A model generated the notes under the pieces. The model ran no database searches and was not told the origin of the DNA. It saw nothing but the letters and a program-made list of their open reading frames with translations. A program made the translations under genes and the position numbers. A DNA stretch of 64,000 nucleotides from a bacterium (GTDB taxonomy: Bacteria > J088 > JAWLBW01), in assembly GCA_041690355.1 (NCBI GenBank), contig JAWLHK010000021.1:1-64000 (forward strand). The letters run 5' to 3'. This document shows, one piece after another, positions 62,208 through 64,000 of this stretch (the stretch's first letter is position 1; every line of letters starts with the position of its first letter).

Positions 62208-64000
62208 CTATTGCACGCGGAAGATCAGCACGCGGTGATTGCCTCCGTCGGTGACGAAGAGGCGATCGCCGTAGAGAACGGCAGCATTGGGCGAAGCCAT
62301 TTTGTCTGCATCCGTGCCCGAAAAACCCGAACCCACCACCTGATCGGCGTCCACGTGGGCCGTCGGAATGCTATTCCAGATGTGCACCTGGTAGCTCGTG
62401 ATATCGCCGACGAACAGCTGGTTCCCGTTCGAGGTGATGAAGTAGGGCTTGAATCCGCTCGCACTGCTGGCGAAATCCAGCTGTCCCAGCACACCATCGG
62501 CAAGCTGGCCGCTGCTCGTCGGGAAGGTATCCCAGATGAGGATGCGGTTGTGTCCGACCTCGGCGACCAAGAGGCGCGTCCCGTCGCTCCAGATGCCTGC
62601 GGGAGCGAGAAGATTCTGCGCGTTCGGGCTCGCCGGCGTGTCACAGGTGGTCATGTCGAGCTGGCCCAGGACGATGTCGGCCGCCACGCCATTCGTCGTG
62701 GGAATGGTGTTCCAGATGAGGACGCGGTTGTTACCGCCATCGGCGACAATCAGCTTCCCATCCACGGCGAAGGCAAACTCAGGCGTGGTCATTCCCGAGG
62801 CGCTGCATGCCGCACCGCTGCTCGTGAAGTTCGCCTGACCAACGACAACGTCGGCCGCCGCCCCGGTGGTCACCGGCTGGCTGTTATAGATGAGCACGCG
62901 ATTGTTGTCGTAGTCGGCGACGAAGACCTTGCCTTCTCCCGCACTGATGCTGCCAGGCCCCGTGTAGCGGCTGGCTGAGGTTCCCGCGGCCGTACCCGTG
63001 AGCGTGTCCTGGCCGAGGACAAAGTCGGCCGTGGCCCCGAAGGTGGCGGGCACGCTGTAGAAGCCGAGGATGCGGTTGTTGAACGTATCGTTCAGATAGA
63101 ACGTACCGTTCAGCAGGAGGGCCGGGCCATAAGGGGTGTCCATCTGTCCGAGGCCCGTGCCGGATGCGCCGGACGTAAGGTTCGGCTGGCCGATGGCGTA
63201 CTCGGCCTTCACTCCACTCGCGAACGTGGCGAAGGGATAGTGGAGTTCGACACCGGCCTCATGGCTCGCCCCGCCGGTGGTCTCGGCGCGGACGATAATC
63301 AGGTTCGCCCGGTCTCCCAGGGTGACGGGGACGGTGATGGTGTCTCCGGTCAGGGTGGCCGTGATGGAATTGCCGTTGTGGGTGGCCGAGACCGTACCGA
63401 TCGTCCCGTTGACGGTGACGGCGGCGGTCACCACGATGCTCCGGGTACCGACAATCGTCGCACCGGTGGCATGGGAACCGATCGTGACCAGGACGGTGTC
63501 GGGGGTCGAACCCGAGGTATCGACGACCCACGTGAACGTCGCCGGCGTCGGATCGGCGAAGCCGTCCTGGACCGCTCGGACCGTAAAGGTGTGGCTTCCG
63601 TCAAGCAGCCCCGTGTAGCTTGCCGTGCCGCCGGTGGTCACCACAAACGGCGCGTCGTCCAGTTTGTATTCGATGGTATCGGTCTGGGGACTGCTGAAGG
63701 TGAAGGTCACATCGGCCCCCGAGGGGTCTGCCGGAGTGGTCTCGAGGGTGGTGTCGAGCTGCGGTGCCGCGGGCTCGAACTGATAGATGACCGTCTGAAC
63801 CGCCTCCTGGTTGCCGGCCTTGTCCACCGAAAAGAACTGCAACGTGGTATCGGTCGAGATGGCGATCGGTGCGGTGTAGACGGTGGAGTCGGTCGTCGGT
63901 GTGCTGCCGTCGACCGTGTAGTAGGTTTCGGCACAGCCGGATCCCGCACCATCGTCGCAAGTCAGCGCGACCTGCTGGGGCTCGTTATACGTGCCGCCCT
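62208..64000 (-). CDS. NHL-repeat (six-bladed beta-propeller) surface protein with upstream Ig-like and chitobiase/hexosaminidase-C-like (CHB_HEX_C) domains; its N-terminus lies beyond the window end
   Basis: NHL blades (NNRVLIYNSQP..., GGNNRVLIWNTIP..., HNRILIWDTFP..., NHRVLIFRVQ). The upstream motif YYTVDGSTPTTDSTVYTAPIAISTDTTLQFFSVDKAGN is typical of CHB_HEX_C. The frame stays open to position 64000; the ORF-track start at 63842 is a TTG inside the gene. Confidence 0.75.
   Translation of the reverse strand, partial: GGTYNEPQQVALTCDDGAGSGCAETYYTVDGSTPTTDSTVYTAPIAISTDTTLQFFSVDKAGNQEAVQTVIYQFEPAAPQLDTTLETTPADPSGADVTFTFSSPQTDTIEYKLDDAPFVVTTGGTASYTGLLDGSHTFTVRAVQDGFADPTPATFTWVVDTSGSTPDTVLVTIGSHATGATIVGTRSIVVTAAVTVNGTIGTVSATHNGNSITATLTGDTITVPVTLGDRANLIIVRAETTGGASHEAGVELHYPFATFASGVKAEYAIGQPNLTSGASGTGLGQMDTPYGPALLLNGTFYLNDTFNNRILGFYSVPATFGATADFVLGQDTLTGTAAGTSASRYTGPGSISAGEGKVFVADYDNNRVLIYNSQPVTTGAAADVVVGQANFTSSGAACSASGMTTPEFAFAVDGKLIVADGGNNRVLIWNTIPTTNGVAADIVLGQLDMTTCDTPASPNAQNLLAPAGIWSDGTRLLVAEVGHNRILIWDTFPTSSGQLADGVLGQLDFASSASGFKPYFITSNGNQLFVGDITSYQVHIWNSIPTAHVDADQVVGSGFSGTDADKMASPNAAVLYGDRLFVTDGGNHRVLIFRVQ

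Overview
This is a high-GC (about 65-70%) bacterial chromosomal segment that is gene dense on both strands. I could not assign the lineage; the content would fit a soil bacterium rich in signalling proteins. Most genes are housekeeping: an ABC-F ATPase, serB, groES/groEL with an upstream CIRCE operator, metG, an APS/PAPS reductase, dtd, gmk, yicC, xseA/xseB, hemN and yaeQ. There are many two-component and second-messenger proteins. The right third of the window (46.6 kb to the end) encodes a cluster of giant repeat-rich lipoproteins (2495 aa, 1895 aa and a partial NHL-repeat protein).

The observations I rate highest:
1. An H-NOX (nitric oxide sensor) - hybrid histidine kinase - CheY-like operon with ATGA start/stop coupling. 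A receiver-adenylate/guanylate cyclase gene converges on it, and a hemN plus NnrS-like membrane protein pair lies nearby.
2. A modular family of 7-bp-unit tandem arrays (GACGATT, ACTCGTC, GCGCCRA/GCGCTGA, TGATTCC, AGAGTCT, TGACTGA) plus a conserved ~65-bp composite element. Copies occur at ten or more intergenic sites, mostly at gene 3' ends. I do not recognise this family.
3. A compact pterin (tetrahydrobiopterin-like) cluster: SDR - two 6-pyruvoyltetrahydropterin synthase (PTPS) genes - folE.
4. A fusion of a two-HKD phospholipase D-like domain with a DedA/VTT membrane domain, followed by an EEP-family nuclease/phosphatase.
5. A ~430-bp AT-rich island between two giant surface-protein genes that carries a small Cys-rich ORF.
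6. Near-identical kilobase-scale DNA duplications inside the Kelch-repeat giant gene.

No rRNA, tRNA, CRISPR array, transposase or integrase was seen.
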